NCBI GenBank assembly: GCA_050287085.1
Contig: JBNKBE010000002.1
Location: 256,001 to 320,000 of the forward strand
Direction of reading: 5' to 3'
DNA from: Polyangiaceae bacterium
Lineage (GTDB): Bacteria > Myxococcota_A > Polyangia > Polyangiales > Polyangiaceae
DNA: 64,000 bases
Of the stretch, positions 28,788-38,877 are shown in pieces. Under the pieces are notes generated by a model, which did not search any database, was not told where the DNA came from, and worked only from the letters and a program-made list of their open reading frames with translations. Made by a program: the position numbers and the translations under genes. The first letter of the stretch is position 1. Every line of letters starts with the position of its first letter.

Positions 28788-29918
28788 TCAGTCGTTGACC
28801 CCGCCTCCGACGCTCTTGCGTTTCGGGTAGACGAGCCTTCCGTGGACATACGCGTCTTTGCCACACAGTTCCCAAGTCGAGGGCTCAATGCAAGGGGCGT
28901 TGTCCGGTGTATCTGGTCCCGCCCAGTCCACGGCGGCAGGGCGACCACGGGGGCCGAGCAAGATGGGCGCCACGAACATGTGCAGCTCACTCGGCAGCTG
29001 CGCGGCGAACATGGACCCGGCGAGCTCGGCGCCACCTTCGCATAAGACGCTCACGACTTCCCGCGCGGCCAGAGCTTCCAAGGCCGCCCGTATGTCGACC
29101 CGCCCCTCCGCACTGCTGGCGACACGAATCACCGAGACCCCTGCGTTTTCGAGGGCCTCTTGCGCGGACGTGGGGGCGTCGTGAGCGGTCAGCACACACG
29201 TCGGGGTCTCCCGAGCTGTGGCCACCAGGTGGCTAGTACTGGGCAGTCTCAGGCGACTGTCCACCACACAGCGTACTGGACTACGACCCTCCACGTCGCG
29301 AACGGTTAGCAAGGGATCATCCGCCAGCACAGTGTTGATGCCCACCATGACGGCGTCGTGCTGAGCGCGCAGACGATGCACTCGAACGCGGGCGGAATCC
29401 CCGGTCACCCACTTGCTTGTTCCCGTGCGAGAGGCGATTCGTCCGTCCAGCGATACGCCCAACTTGAGGCTCAAGTAGCTGCGCGCTTCCGTGATGTAGT
29501 GGGCCCACGGCTTGATCAGTTCCTTGGCCTTATCCTCACAGACGCCGATTTCGACCTCCACGCCGGCTTCGCGCAAACGTTCGACACCTTGGCCGGCGAC
29601 GTTGGGGTTCGGATCGCGAGTTCCGATCACGACGCGAGCTACGCCTGCGGCGAGCAGGGCATCGACGCAGGGGGGGGTCCGGCCCTGGTGGTTGCAGGGT
29701 TCAAGGGTGGCGTATAGCGTCGCGCCGCGCGCTTTGTCGCCCGCTTCGCGGAGCGCCATGGCTTCCGCGTGAGCGGCTCCCGCTTCCGCGTGAAATCCCG
29801 TCCCGACGATTTCACCGCCGCTAACGATGACAGCCCCGACGTGGGGATTGGGGGAGGGGTCCCCGCGGCGCCCTGCCTCGAGCGCTCGACCCATCAGCTC
29901 GACGTCGATTTCTGTCAT
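28788..29918 (-). CDS. ribD: Bifunctional riboflavin deaminase/reductase
   Basis: PNPHVG, HAE, TLEPCNHQGRTPPC, SLDG, EGG. Confidence 0.97.
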   Translation of the reverse strand: MTEIDVELMGRALEAGRRGDPSPNPHVGAVIVSGGEIVGTGFHAEAGAAHAEAMALREAGDKARGATLYATLEPCNHQGRTPPCVDALLAAGVARVVIGTRDPNPNVAGQGVERLREAGVEVEIGVCEDKAKELIKPWAHYITEARSYLSLKLGVSLDGRIASRTGTSKWVTGDSARVRVHRLRAQHDAVMVGINTVLADDPLLTVRDVEGRSPVRCVVDSRLRLPSTSHLVATARETPTCVLTAHDAPTSAQEALENAGVSVIRVASSAEGRVDIRAALEALAAREVVSVLCEGGAELAGSMFAAQLPSELHMFVAPILLGPRGRPAAVDWAGPDTPDNAPCIEPSTWELCGKDAYVHGRLVYPKRKSVGGGVND

Positions 29919-29929
29919 CTAACCAAGTC

Positions 29930-30394
29930 CTAGTCGTTTGGGCGCGCGCGAACAAGCTTGCTCATCTCTTCGAGAAACTCGTCGATGTCTCGAAATGAGC
30001 GATAGACACTTGCAAATCGGACGTAGGCGACGTCGTCCAGCGCCTTCAAAGCGGCCATCACCCGTTCGCCGAGCACACGCGACGAGATTTCGCGCGAGCC
30101 CTCCCGGTTGAGGTCCTGCTCCAGGCTTTCGACCTGGGCATCCAGGACCTCATCCGAAATGGGGCGTTTGCTGCACGCTATCCGCAAGCTTCGCAGCAGC
30201 TTGTCTCGATCAAAGGCTTCTCGTCGCCCGTCGCTCTTGAGCACACTCGGGAGGGCGCGTTCGACTCGCTCATAGGTTGTGAAGCGCTTCTTGCAGGCGT
30301 CGCATTCGCGACGACGCCAGGTGACGGTGGCGCCAGCGGCCACTCGCGAGTCTACGACCCGGCTCTCCACTTCCTTGCAATAGGGGCACTGCAC
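29930..30394 (-). CDS. nrdR: Transcriptional repressor NrdR
   Basis: CPYC...SRVVDSR...RRRECDAC...RFTTYE, ATP cone, VAYVRFASVY. Confidence 0.97.
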   Translation of the reverse strand: MQCPYCKEVESRVVDSRVAAGATVTWRRRECDACKKRFTTYERVERALPSVLKSDGRREAFDRDKLLRSLRIACSKRPISDEVLDAQVESLEQDLNREGSREISSRVLGERVMAALKALDDVAYVRFASVYRSFRDIDEFLEEMSKLVRARPND

Positions 30395-30469
30395 GTCAGC
30401 GGTCGCTCCGATATGCGGTTGTTGTCGGCGCTTGACGCCGCGGACAGGGGCTCATGTGTCTTGAACTCA

Positions 30470-30510
30470 TCACCGGAGCTAGCGTCACCAGAGCCATCGT
30501 CACCTGATCA
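30470..30510. repeat. Imperfect 15-bp-period repeat abutting the fabF stop
   Basis: TCACCGGAGCTAGCG / TCACCAGAGCCATCG / TCACCTGATCA. Confidence 0.5.
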
Positions 30511-31752
30511 GTCCTCGAATGCGGACACAATCACGGCAGCATTGGTCCCGCCAAAACCAAAGGAGTTGCTCATGGCGTGCCGTGTTCGTCGCTCGCGCGC
30601 CGTGTTTGCCACGTAGTCGAGCGTGCACTCGGGGTCCTGGTTATTGAGATTTATGGTAGGGGGGATCTGTCCGGTCTTCACAGCGTGGGCGCAGATAGCG
30701 AGTTCAACAGCTCCAGAGGCTCCCAACAGGTGCCCCATCATGCTTTTGGTCGAACTCACCCACAGGCCGTCGTGGGCGTGGGCACCAAATACGCCTTCGA
30801 TCGCCCGCGACTCCTCGACGTCGCCGGGGGGCGTCGATGTACCGTGAGCATTGATGTAGCCGACGTCGCTCGGGTCTAGCTTTGCTTCTTGCAGCGCCCA
30901 GCGCATGGCGTTCGCCGCGTATTTGTGCCCCGGCGCTGGCTTGGTGATGTGGAAGGCGTCTGACGTTGCACTCCACCCGGTGATCTCAGCGATGATGTTT
31001 GCGCCGCGTGCTTTGGCCCTGGAAAGCGACTCGAGCACCAAGGTTGCGGCGCCTTCTCCAAGTACGAAGCCGTCGCGGTCGCGATCGAAGGGACGGCTGG
31101 CCGCGCTGGGCTCATCGTTGCGACGACTCAGAGCGAACATGGTCGAAAAGCCAGCCACGCCCATGGGGGTGATGGTCGACTCCGCCCCGCCAGCCACCAT
31201 TACCGGAGCTCGGCCGCAGCGGATCCAATCGTAGGCCTCACCGATGGCATGGGCGCTCGAAGCACAAGCGCTCGTGTGACAGTAGCTCGGTCCACGCAGG
31301 CCCTCTTGAATCGAAACCTGACCCGCAGCCAAGTTCGCGATCACTTGCGGTATGAAGTAGGGGCTGACCTTGCGAGGGCCCTTCTCCGCGCGCACCAGCG
31401 TCCAACGTTCTAGGCTTTCGAGCCCCCCTAGGCCCACGCCAATGAAACATCCCGAGCGGTCGCGTTCTTCATCCGTCAGCTCGAGACCTGAGCGTTCGAC
31501 AGCCTCCCGCGAAGCGGCCATCGACAACATGATGAAGCGCGACAGTTCTTTGTGCTTCTTCTTGGGGATGGTCGCGCTTGGGTCGAAGTCCTTCACCTCT
31601 GCGGCAAACCGGGTCGTGTAGTCCTCGCTCGCGTCAAAAAGCGTGATCGGACCCACGCCGGAGCGCCCCGCTAGCAAGGCGTTCGTGGTGGCGTCCGTCC
31701 CGATCCCGCACGGGGTCACCAACCCAATTCCGGTTATGACGACTCGTTCCAT
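30508..31752 (-). CDS. fabF: Beta-ketoacyl-ACP synthase II
   Basis: MERVVITGIG, SACAS, NAHGTST, GHLLGA, SNSFGFGG. Confidence 0.97.
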   Translation of the reverse strand: MERVVITGIGLVTPCGIGTDATTNALLAGRSGVGPITLFDASEDYTTRFAAEVKDFDPSATIPKKKHKELSRFIMLSMAASREAVERSGLELTDEERDRSGCFIGVGLGGLESLERWTLVRAEKGPRKVSPYFIPQVIANLAAGQVSIQEGLRGPSYCHTSACASSAHAIGEAYDWIRCGRAPVMVAGGAESTITPMGVAGFSTMFALSRRNDEPSAASRPFDRDRDGFVLGEGAATLVLESLSRAKARGANIIAEITGWSATSDAFHITKPAPGHKYAANAMRWALQEAKLDPSDVGYINAHGTSTPPGDVEESRAIEGVFGAHAHDGLWVSSTKSMMGHLLGASGAVELAICAHAVKTGQIPPTINLNNQDPECTLDYVANTARERRTRHAMSNSFGFGGTNAAVIVSAFED

Positions 31753-31987
31753 AGGTGCATCTTCGTGGCAGCGTCTAGCCGTGCTCAGTCGCCCGGACCA
31801 ATAGGGCATCATAAGTACGTTGATGCCGCGGCTCGGTTGCTGGCCGGAAGCCAGCAACCGCGCTGACAGATCAAGGGTGCGCTACCTGCGAGCCACCCCC
31901 TGCCGGCCGGCACCTGGCCTCCGCGGAACCGCACTCCTACTACCAGGCGGGTGCGACTCCTCGGGGCTCAGCGGCTGACCGTATTGT

Positions 31988-32230
31988 TCAACCGTCCTTG
32001 TGTTTGCTGATGTAGTCGACAGCGTCTTGCACCGTTCGGATCTGCTCGGTGTCTTCGTCCGGGATGTCGATTTCGAATGCCTCTTCGAAGGCTAGAACGA
32101 GTTCTACGAGCCCAAGGGAATCGGCGCCGAGATCGTCGATGAAAGAAGCTTCCGGCTTGATGTCCGCGTCTTCGACGTCCAGCTGCTCTTTGATGATCTT
32201 GATTACTTCGGGCGTAATGTCGTCCGCCAT
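31988..32230 (-). CDS. acpP: Acyl carrier protein
   Basis: [14 protein letters not shown] phosphopantetheine site; GGAG RBS before ATG 32230. Confidence 0.97.
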   Translation of the reverse strand: MADDITPEVIKIIKEQLDVEDADIKPEASFIDDLGADSLGLVELVLAFEEAFEIDIPDEDTEQIRTVQDAVDYISKHKDG

Positions 32231-32349
32231 GTTTCCTCCGATTGGCGCTACGTGCGCCGCGGTTGGTGCGCCACCATGGCGCGAAAATTGGTTGGATTCA
32301 GAGACCGGGCGGGCCAGGGCCAGGAGCCCCAGAGCACCCGAAGAAAGGT

Positions 32350-33096
32350 TCACATCAACATGCCGCCATTGACCCGTAGGGTTTGGCCGGTCACATACCC
32401 CGCTTCGTCAGATGCCAGATAGACTACAGCGGCGGCGATATCGTCGGCGGTGCCAGGGCGCGCCAGCGGAACTCCGTCGAGCATGGCCGAGCGAGCTGCC
32501 TCTGGCAGCGCTTCAGTCATGTCGGTTGCGATGTAACCCGGCGTGATAGCGTTGTAGGTGATGCCGCGCGACGCGTATTCTCGCGCCAGCGATTTGGTGA
32601 TGCCGAGCAGCGCCGCCTTGGAGGCTGCATAGGCGGTTTGCCCGACATTGCCCATTTCACCGACCACACTGGAGATGAAGATCACTCGCCCCGTTTTGGC
32701 GCGCATCATCGGTTTCAGCGCGGCTTTGGCGCACGCGATGGCACCCTTCACGTTTACGGCGAGAATACGATCGAGCTCTTCTTCTTTTAGACGAAGCAGC
32801 AGAGCGTCCGTCGAAATCCCGGCGTTGGCCACCAGGATGTCGAGCCGCCCCAGTCGTTTAGCTAGAGTCGAAATGGCCTCTTCCGTGGCGGCCATGCTGC
32901 CAACGTCAAAGCGCTCGGCGCTTGCCTTGCCACCGCTTGACTCGATATCGGCGATCGTATCCTGGGCGGCGCGTTCGTTGCCCGCATAGGTGATGACGAC
33001 CTCGGCCCCTTGGGTGGCCAGTGCTTTGGCCACAGCGCGACCAATACCCCGAGAGCCACCCGTCACGATCGCGGTCTTGTTTTTTAGGCTAAACAT
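32350..33096 (-). CDS. fabG: 3-oxoacyl-ACP reductase
   Basis: [17 protein letters not shown], in fab context. Confidence 0.95.
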   Translation of the reverse strand: MFSLKNKTAIVTGGSRGIGRAVAKALATQGAEVVITYAGNERAAQDTIADIESSGGKASAERFDVGSMAATEEAISTLAKRLGRLDILVANAGISTDALLLRLKEEELDRILAVNVKGAIACAKAALKPMMRAKTGRVIFISSVVGEMGNVGQTAYAASKAALLGITKSLAREYASRGITYNAITPGYIATDMTEALPEAARSAMLDGVPLARPGTADDIAAAVVYLASDEAGYVTGQTLRVNGGMLM

Positions 33097-33246
33097 GAAA
33101 CGTTAACGATTTCGGTTGCTTGTGTGGAGGCGGAAACGGCGCCCGCTGTTTACCATGGTGAGCTGCTCGGCCAGGAGACAAAGTAATGACCATGGGAAGG
33201 TTGCCCGGGGAACGCCTTCACCGCCCAGGCTGCCGGGCCGCGACCG

Positions 33247-34197
33247 CTAGGTGGTAGGCGTTGCAATAAAGTCAGCTACTTGACGAACGGTTTCCGCGTC
33301 GCCGACGCTCAGGGTCTGCAACGACTTAGAGATCTTCTTGTTCAATCCCGCGAGAACCTTGCCCGACCCGAATTCAAGGGCGATTCGCGCGCCTGCGCCA
33401 AGCATCCACTCGACGCTTTGCTGCCAGCGGACAGCGCCTGCACATTGGTCGACGAGCAGTTGCGCCGCGCCCAGGGGGTCGCCGTTAGGTTGGGCGGTGA
33501 CATTTGCCACCACCGGGAACCGCAGTGGAGCCAGTTCGACGGACGAAAGCGCCGTGCGCACTTCGTCTGCCGCAGGCTGCATCAGGGGTGAATGAAAGGG
33601 CGCACTCACCTTGAGAGGGCGCACTTTCATTTTCTTATCTTTGGACAGCTCCTCGGCGCGTGCCAGAGCGGCCATGCTGCCGGCAATCACAATCTGCCCT
33701 GGGCAATTGTAGTTGGCGGGCGCCAGAACACCATCACCCCGTGCCTCATCGCAGAGCGCTTCCACCTCGCCCGCCGCGGCTCCCAGCACGGCGGCCATTC
33801 CGCCCTCACCCACCGGTACGGCGCGCTGCATCGCCTCTCCGCGAAGGTGCACGACACGCAGCGCGTCTCTCAAGGACAGGGCGCCGGCGGCCACCAACGC
33901 CGCGTATTCGCCCAAGGAGTGCCCGGCGGCGGCCAAAGGCGCAGGCAGGGACTCACCCAACACGGCCTGCACCGAGCGCAGTGCCGCAATCGCGACACAC
34001 ACCAATGCGGGCTGGGTGTTTTGCGTTAGCGTCAACTCCTCGATAGGCCCCTCGAAGCAAAGGCGAGACAGACGAAAGCCGAGCACGTCGTCGGCTTCGT
34101 CGAAGGTCGCCCGCGCTTCCGCGAACTGGTTGTATAGGTCCTGACCCATGCCCACCTGTTGTGAGCCCTGGCCAGGAAACAGCCACACGATGCCCAA
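33247..34197 (-). CDS. fabD: Malonyl-CoA:ACP transacylase
   Basis: FPGQGSQ, GHSLGEY, VSAPFHS. Confidence 0.96.
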   Translation of the reverse strand: MGIVWLFPGQGSQQVGMGQDLYNQFAEARATFDEADDVLGFRLSRLCFEGPIEELTLTQNTQPALVCVAIAALRSVQAVLGESLPAPLAAAGHSLGEYAALVAAGALSLRDALRVVHLRGEAMQRAVPVGEGGMAAVLGAAAGEVEALCDEARGDGVLAPANYNCPGQIVIAGSMAALARAEELSKDKKMKVRPLKVSAPFHSPLMQPAADEVRTALSSVELAPLRFPVVANVTAQPNGDPLGAAQLLVDQCAGAVRWQQSVEWMLGAGARIALEFGSGKVLAGLNKKISKSLQTLSVGDAETVRQVADFIATPTT

Positions 34198-34203
34198 GGT
34201 GCC

Positions 34204-34404
34204 TCAGGTCTGCTCGGTCTCGGTCGTCGCTACCGCTAGCACGGCCTTGCCCTTGTACTGCCCACACTCCGGGCAGACGCGATGCGGCAGCGTTGGCGCA
34301 GAGCAGTTCGGACAGGGGATCAGGTTCGGTGCCGTGATGCGGTCGTGCTGGGCACGACGCATATCTCTGCGGCTGCTGCTCTGACGTCGTTTGGGTACTG
34401 CCAC
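34204..34404 (-). CDS. rpmF: 50S ribosomal protein L32 (Zn-ribbon type)
   Basis: MAVPKRR...CPNC...[11 protein letters not shown]. Confidence 0.97.
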   Translation of the reverse strand: MAVPKRRQSSSRRDMRRAQHDRITAPNLIPCPNCSAPTLPHRVCPECGQYKGKAVLAVATTETEQT

Positions 34405-34422
34405 AACGATACTCCTTGGATG

Positions 34423-35022
34423 TTACTTTCTGGCTTTGAGCTTCTCGGCGATCGCCTGGAGGGGCTGCAGTCGGGGATCGACGCTGCGGTCCTCGGGCGA
34501 TACCCGGGGAGGCGGCGGCATAGCCGCACCGCCTTTCGAACGCAAGTCCGAACGCAAAGGAAACATGGGCAGATCGAGGATTATTTGCTCCCGCAGGAAC
34601 GGGCCGAGATCCACCGACTCCCCTGTATACAGCTCCAGCGCCGCGTCTTCGTCGTCTAGCAACTTGTCCGCGTCGTCTTCCTTCGCCTTGGCGCCTCGCG
34701 TCCGGCCTCCGGATTGTTGGGCGCCAGGGGCCCTGCGAAGCACCAGGAAGAGAGTTGGGTTGAGGGTGTATTCCGCAGGATCGAGGGTGCGAGCGCAGGG
34801 CAGAACCACGTTCACCTTCGCCTCGCCGCGAACGACGATTTCTGCGCCATTCATGAACAATTGTAGACGTGCGCTCCCGGCTCCTTGGCCTGCGGTGGCG
34901 TCCGTGTCGGCAAGGGCCGCGCTTAGCCAATGTGGGGGCAGCTCCCAGTGAAGGTCCAACTGACCTTCGCGTTCTAGATCTGCGACGCGGAAGTGGAACG
35001 CTTCTTCGGCGATTGGGGCCAT
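34423..35022 (-). CDS. yceD: YceD/DUF177 family protein
   Basis: PCARTL, VDLGPFLREQIILDLPMFPL, DPRLQPL; directly upstream of rpmF. Confidence 0.88.
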   Translation of the reverse strand: MAPIAEEAFHFRVADLEREGQLDLHWELPPHWLSAALADTDATAGQGAGSARLQLFMNGAEIVVRGEAKVNVVLPCARTLDPAEYTLNPTLFLVLRRAPGAQQSGGRTRGAKAKEDDADKLLDDEDAALELYTGESVDLGPFLREQIILDLPMFPLRSDLRSKGGAAMPPPPRVSPEDRSVDPRLQPLQAIAEKLKARK

Positions 35023-35194
35023 GACGGCGGCACCGTACTCCGGCCGCAGACGCATCGCAATCACCGCCGCGCGGGTTCGGCTGCGCCGCGGTGGTTGCGT
35101 TCGGAGGGGAGCGGACGGCGAAAGGGACAAGTCGTTGGGTTTCTTGCTATCAACGCAGCCCGTCCGGCGGCAAACGGCGGGCGTCGGAGCCAGT

Positions 35195-36583
35195 ATGACT
35201 TCAGCAACTTCCCCGATTCCCCGTCCTGGTCCTGCTGCGGAGCGCACCGGGCGGCCGCACCCGGATTGGCTTCTTGCGCTGGCACTCTACGCGCTGACAA
35301 CCGGGGTGTATCTGCTGATGGCACCCCGTGGGTTATTGACGGAGCATACGCCGTACAATCACTTTGCTCTGCTCGCCGAGTGCTGGTTGGATGGGCGCTT
35401 AGACCTCGGGGGCCCCCCTCCGGCTTATGCTCATAACAACGACTTCGCGCTGTTTGAGGGGCGACACTACGTGGCCTTTCCGCCGCTGCCGGCACTGCTC
35501 ATCCTGCCACTGGTGTGGCTCGCAGGAGGCGCGGAGGGGGTGGCGGACGGTCAGTTCTTCATCTGGCTTGCGGGCGTCGCGCCCGCGGCGACGTTTCTGG
35601 CACTACAACAGCTGGCCAAGACCGGGCATTGCGGTCGCTCGATGCGCGACAACCTCTTGTTAGCGGCGTTGTTTGCTTTCGGGAGCGTGTACTTCTTCAC
35701 CGCGGTGCAGGGCACGGTCTGGTTTGCGGCTCACGTTGTCGGTACGAGCCTGGCGGCGCTGTTCTTGCTGTTTGCCGTCGACGCTCGTCGACCTTGGCTC
35801 GCGGGTTTGATGATTGGGGGGGCCTTGCTGACGCGCGCACCGCTTCTGTATGCGGCCCCGTTTTTCATGCTCGAGCTTGCACGAGTGGCTCAAGCGAGCG
35901 GTAAGGACCGAGTTTCAAGCGCAGAGGGTGGAGCACCTTGGGAGCGTTTCGGTACGCTGGCTCGAGCACTTGTCCAGCGGCCGATCGTGCTCAAGGGTAT
36001 CGCCTTCTTGATCCCGGTACTCGGGGGGCTGGTCTTGACCTTATGGCTCAACCACGCGCGCTTTGGCGATCCTTTTGAGTCGGGCTACCAGTACCTGACG
36101 GTAGCCTGGCAGAAGCGGATGCAGAAGTGGGGGCTCTTTCACTACCACTACCTGCCTAAGAACCTCGGCGTGGTGCTGACCAGTCTGCCGTGGGTGGGCG
36201 AGCCAAAGGCTCCGTTTCGCATCAACGCCCATGGGTTGGCCTTGTGGTTTACCACCCCCGTCTACTTGTACCTGCTCTGGCCCAAGCAGCACGGAGCTCT
36301 CTCTCGCAATCTATGGCTGACAGTAGCCGCCGTGGCGCTGCCGACGTTGTTGTATCAGAACACCGGATGGGCGCAGTTCGGGTATCGGTTCAGCAATGAC
36401 TACGCGGTGTTCTTGTTTGCGCTCTTGGCGCTCGGCATGAGGCCCTTGGGTTGGCTCTTTCGCAGCGCGGCCCTATTTGCTGTGGTTGTTAACACGTTTG
36501 GGGCCGCTTCCTTTGGGCGCCGCGAGTTTCGCGACTACTACTTCTTCCAGGGTTCTCAGGTGCAGCTCTATCAGAAGGACTAG
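35195..36583 (+). CDS. Polytopic membrane protein, GT-C-like glycosyltransferase
   Basis: About 10 TM helices; first-loop ND...YVAFPP; NHARFGDPFESGY; QFGYRF. Start at 35195 inferred. Confidence 0.7.
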   Translation: MTSATSPIPRPGPAAERTGRPHPDWLLALALYALTTGVYLLMAPRGLLTEHTPYNHFALLAECWLDGRLDLGGPPPAYAHNNDFALFEGRHYVAFPPLPALLILPLVWLAGGAEGVADGQFFIWLAGVAPAATFLALQQLAKTGHCGRSMRDNLLLAALFAFGSVYFFTAVQGTVWFAAHVVGTSLAALFLLFAVDARRPWLAGLMIGGALLTRAPLLYAAPFFMLELARVAQASGKDRVSSAEGGAPWERFGTLARALVQRPIVLKGIAFLIPVLGGLVLTLWLNHARFGDPFESGYQYLTVAWQKRMQKWGLFHYHYLPKNLGVVLTSLPWVGEPKAPFRINAHGLALWFTTPVYLYLLWPKQHGALSRNLWLTVAAVALPTLLYQNTGWAQFGYRFSNDYAVFLFALLALGMRPLGWLFRSAALFAVVVNTFGAASFGRREFRDYYFFQGSQVQLYQKD

Positions 36584-36588
36584 CCCCG

Positions 36589-38751
36589 ATGCGGTGGAGT
36601 CGTACGAAGCGCCGCCGATGGATCAAGGCTGCGCGGGAGATCGCCGTCGGAATACTGTTGATGGGAGCGGCTGCAGTTCTTCCCTATCAGCAACCGGCAG
36701 CATTCACGTGGCTGACGTTTCCCTTGGGTGCGGCGTTCTCCTGGGCTGGTGTGCTGCGCTTGAGACGCACGCCACACGGGGCCCTTCTGCGCTCGGGTCT
36801 ATGCATAGCGGCAGCACTCTATGCCGTGTGGCTCTGTGTCTCGTGTGTGCAAACGACCTGGGCTCTGAGCCGTCTTTACGGCGGACTGGGGCGCGGCCTG
36901 GGGGCCACGTTGCTGGCCTTGGCGGGGGTCGTCATGGTGGTTTTGGGGCCGCTGCTAGTGGAGCTGCTAACCCGTGTGAGGCAGAAACCTCGACTGCTAT
37001 GGTGGCTATTGGTCGTGGTGCTCGGGGTGGGCATTGGCACGTGGGAATGGCAGGCGGCGTCGACCGGCCGCCGCACGCGCTTTGAGGCGCCGTCGCGCTC
37101 CGCGCTCACTTTCGCGTTGGATCGTCGCCATATTTCGGCGGCTGACGGCCGCCCTGTTCGCTCGCTTGTGCCCGCGCTATGTGCCAGCCCAGCGAGCGCC
37201 GTGGAGGCAACTGCGTTGGTCAGTGTTGGGGAGGGCAAGCCGCGATGCCTCCAGGGTCAGACCGATGCCGTCCTCGCGCAACTGGCGCGCCAGGTGAGCC
37301 AAGGTTCGCGCGTCAAAGTCGATTGGGTGAGCGTGGCCGAGCCGGCGCTGCTCCCGCGCGGCGCGTTGGCAGACGTGGTCCGATCGCTGCACCTGCGTCC
37401 GGGCTTGGACGGCGTATGTCTGCAGGAACGGTGCTTGGCCCCCTGGCAGCTGAGTGCGGGACGAGTGTTCTTTGCTGACAAGCCTTTGCCTTTTGCCGGA
37501 GGATTCCGCTTGGGGGTCTCCGAGCGACGACTGGCTCTCCTGTTTGGCAGCACTTCATTGCCTCCAGCTTCTCTGACGCGCATTGAGACTACCTCTTGGC
37601 TGATCGCGCAAGAAGGAGTGCGTCCTTTGCTGTCCGGACGAAGCGTCGCTAGCGATGTGACCGCCGACGGCTTGCGACGCGGCGCGGACGCGGCGCAGCA
37701 CTTTGTCATTGGGGCTCAGGACGTCGACGGGGGATTTCGCTACCACACGAACTTCTTCACGGCGCAGTCGCGAGGGGGAACGCCCAATTTGCCTCGTCAC
37801 GCGGGCGTGTTGATGGTCCTGTGTGAACTGGGAGACAGCAGCCCTGCGACGCGTCGAGCCGCGGAGCTGGCGGCAGCACACCTGGCGGGCTTTCGACGGG
37901 CTGTACCCGGAGACCGGGCCGTCCTGGCGCGGGGGCGGGAGCGAAGCGTATCGGTCGGCACTTTGGCTTTGGGGCTCGCAGCGCTGGTGCGCTGCCGAGG
38001 TGTTGTGGGTCCGATGCACGACGCGCTGATCGCCGAGCTCACTCGTTCGGTCTTGTCGTTGTTGCGAGAGGACGGGCGTTTTCAACCGCGGCTGCGTGTT
38101 GGGGACGGCCAGGGGCTTGCGGGGCCCACGCCTTTGTTCGCCGGCGGGCAGGCCATTCTCGCATTGGGTTTGGTCGAGGCCACCTTGGTCGACGCTCCGG
38201 AGTTAGCGGATGCGATCGGCTTGTTTTCGGCGTTGGAAAGAGCGATGGGCTACGTAGCCGAGGCCTATTGGCCTGCCTTCGCCCGGGAGCTCTTTTGGCT
38301 CCAAGAGAACTGGCATTGTGTTGCTGCCAGCGCGCTGTTGTCCACCCATGGACACCGGGCCTACCAAGACGTTTGTTTGGACTACGCTCGATTCAAGGTG
38401 CGTTTCATACTGGACGAGGACGCTGGCGGGGGCGCGTGGGCCGGGGCGATGGGCTTCGGCAACTTGTTTCCACCGCACAATGGTAGCACGGCGGGCCTTG
38501 CCGAGGCCCTGGCTGCGGCCCTGAGCATCGCGCGAGCGCGCGGGGAAGAGGCCGGGGAGCTGGAGCATGGACTGCGCGCAGCGCTCGGCTTCCTGAGCCG
38601 GCAGCAGCTCCAGCGAAGCACGTGTTTCTTCTGCGATCCGGCGGCCTACGGAGGCTTCACGGCGGAGCAGGTGGGGGTCGACGGACGTATCGATCACACC
38701 CAACACGCCTGGGCCGCCCTGGGCCATGGCCTGCGTGCTCTCGCGCTCTAG
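36589..38751 (+). CDS. Membrane-anchored protein with a large extracytoplasmic region and a C-terminal alpha/alpha-toroid-like domain
   Basis: About 5 N-terminal TM helices; QDVDGGFRY...NLPRHAG, DGRF, FLSRQQ...YGGF...RIDHTQHA. Confidence 0.65.
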   Translation: MRWSRTKRRRWIKAAREIAVGILLMGAAAVLPYQQPAAFTWLTFPLGAAFSWAGVLRLRRTPHGALLRSGLCIAAALYAVWLCVSCVQTTWALSRLYGGLGRGLGATLLALAGVVMVVLGPLLVELLTRVRQKPRLLWWLLVVVLGVGIGTWEWQAASTGRRTRFEAPSRSALTFALDRRHISAADGRPVRSLVPALCASPASAVEATALVSVGEGKPRCLQGQTDAVLAQLARQVSQGSRVKVDWVSVAEPALLPRGALADVVRSLHLRPGLDGVCLQERCLAPWQLSAGRVFFADKPLPFAGGFRLGVSERRLALLFGSTSLPPASLTRIETTSWLIAQEGVRPLLSGRSVASDVTADGLRRGADAAQHFVIGAQDVDGGFRYHTNFFTAQSRGGTPNLPRHAGVLMVLCELGDSSPATRRAAELAAAHLAGFRRAVPGDRAVLARGRERSVSVGTLALGLAALVRCRGVVGPMHDALIAELTRSVLSLLREDGRFQPRLRVGDGQGLAGPTPLFAGGQAILALGLVEATLVDAPELADAIGLFSALERAMGYVAEAYWPAFARELFWLQENWHCVAASALLSTHGHRAYQDVCLDYARFKVRFILDEDAGGGAWAGAMGFGNLFPPHNGSTAGLAEALAAALSIARARGEEAGELEHGLRAALGFLSRQQLQRSTCFFCDPAAYGGFTAEQVGVDGRIDHTQHAWAALGHGLRALAL

Positions 38752-38877
38752 AACCCACGGGCCCCGAGCTCCAGCGCCGTGCAGACCGGAGACGAGCCGA
38801 GAAATCGTCGATGTTCACTTGGTTCAGGGCGCCATGACTTGCCATTTCGCCGGGTGGGCGACATACAGTGCCAGGTT

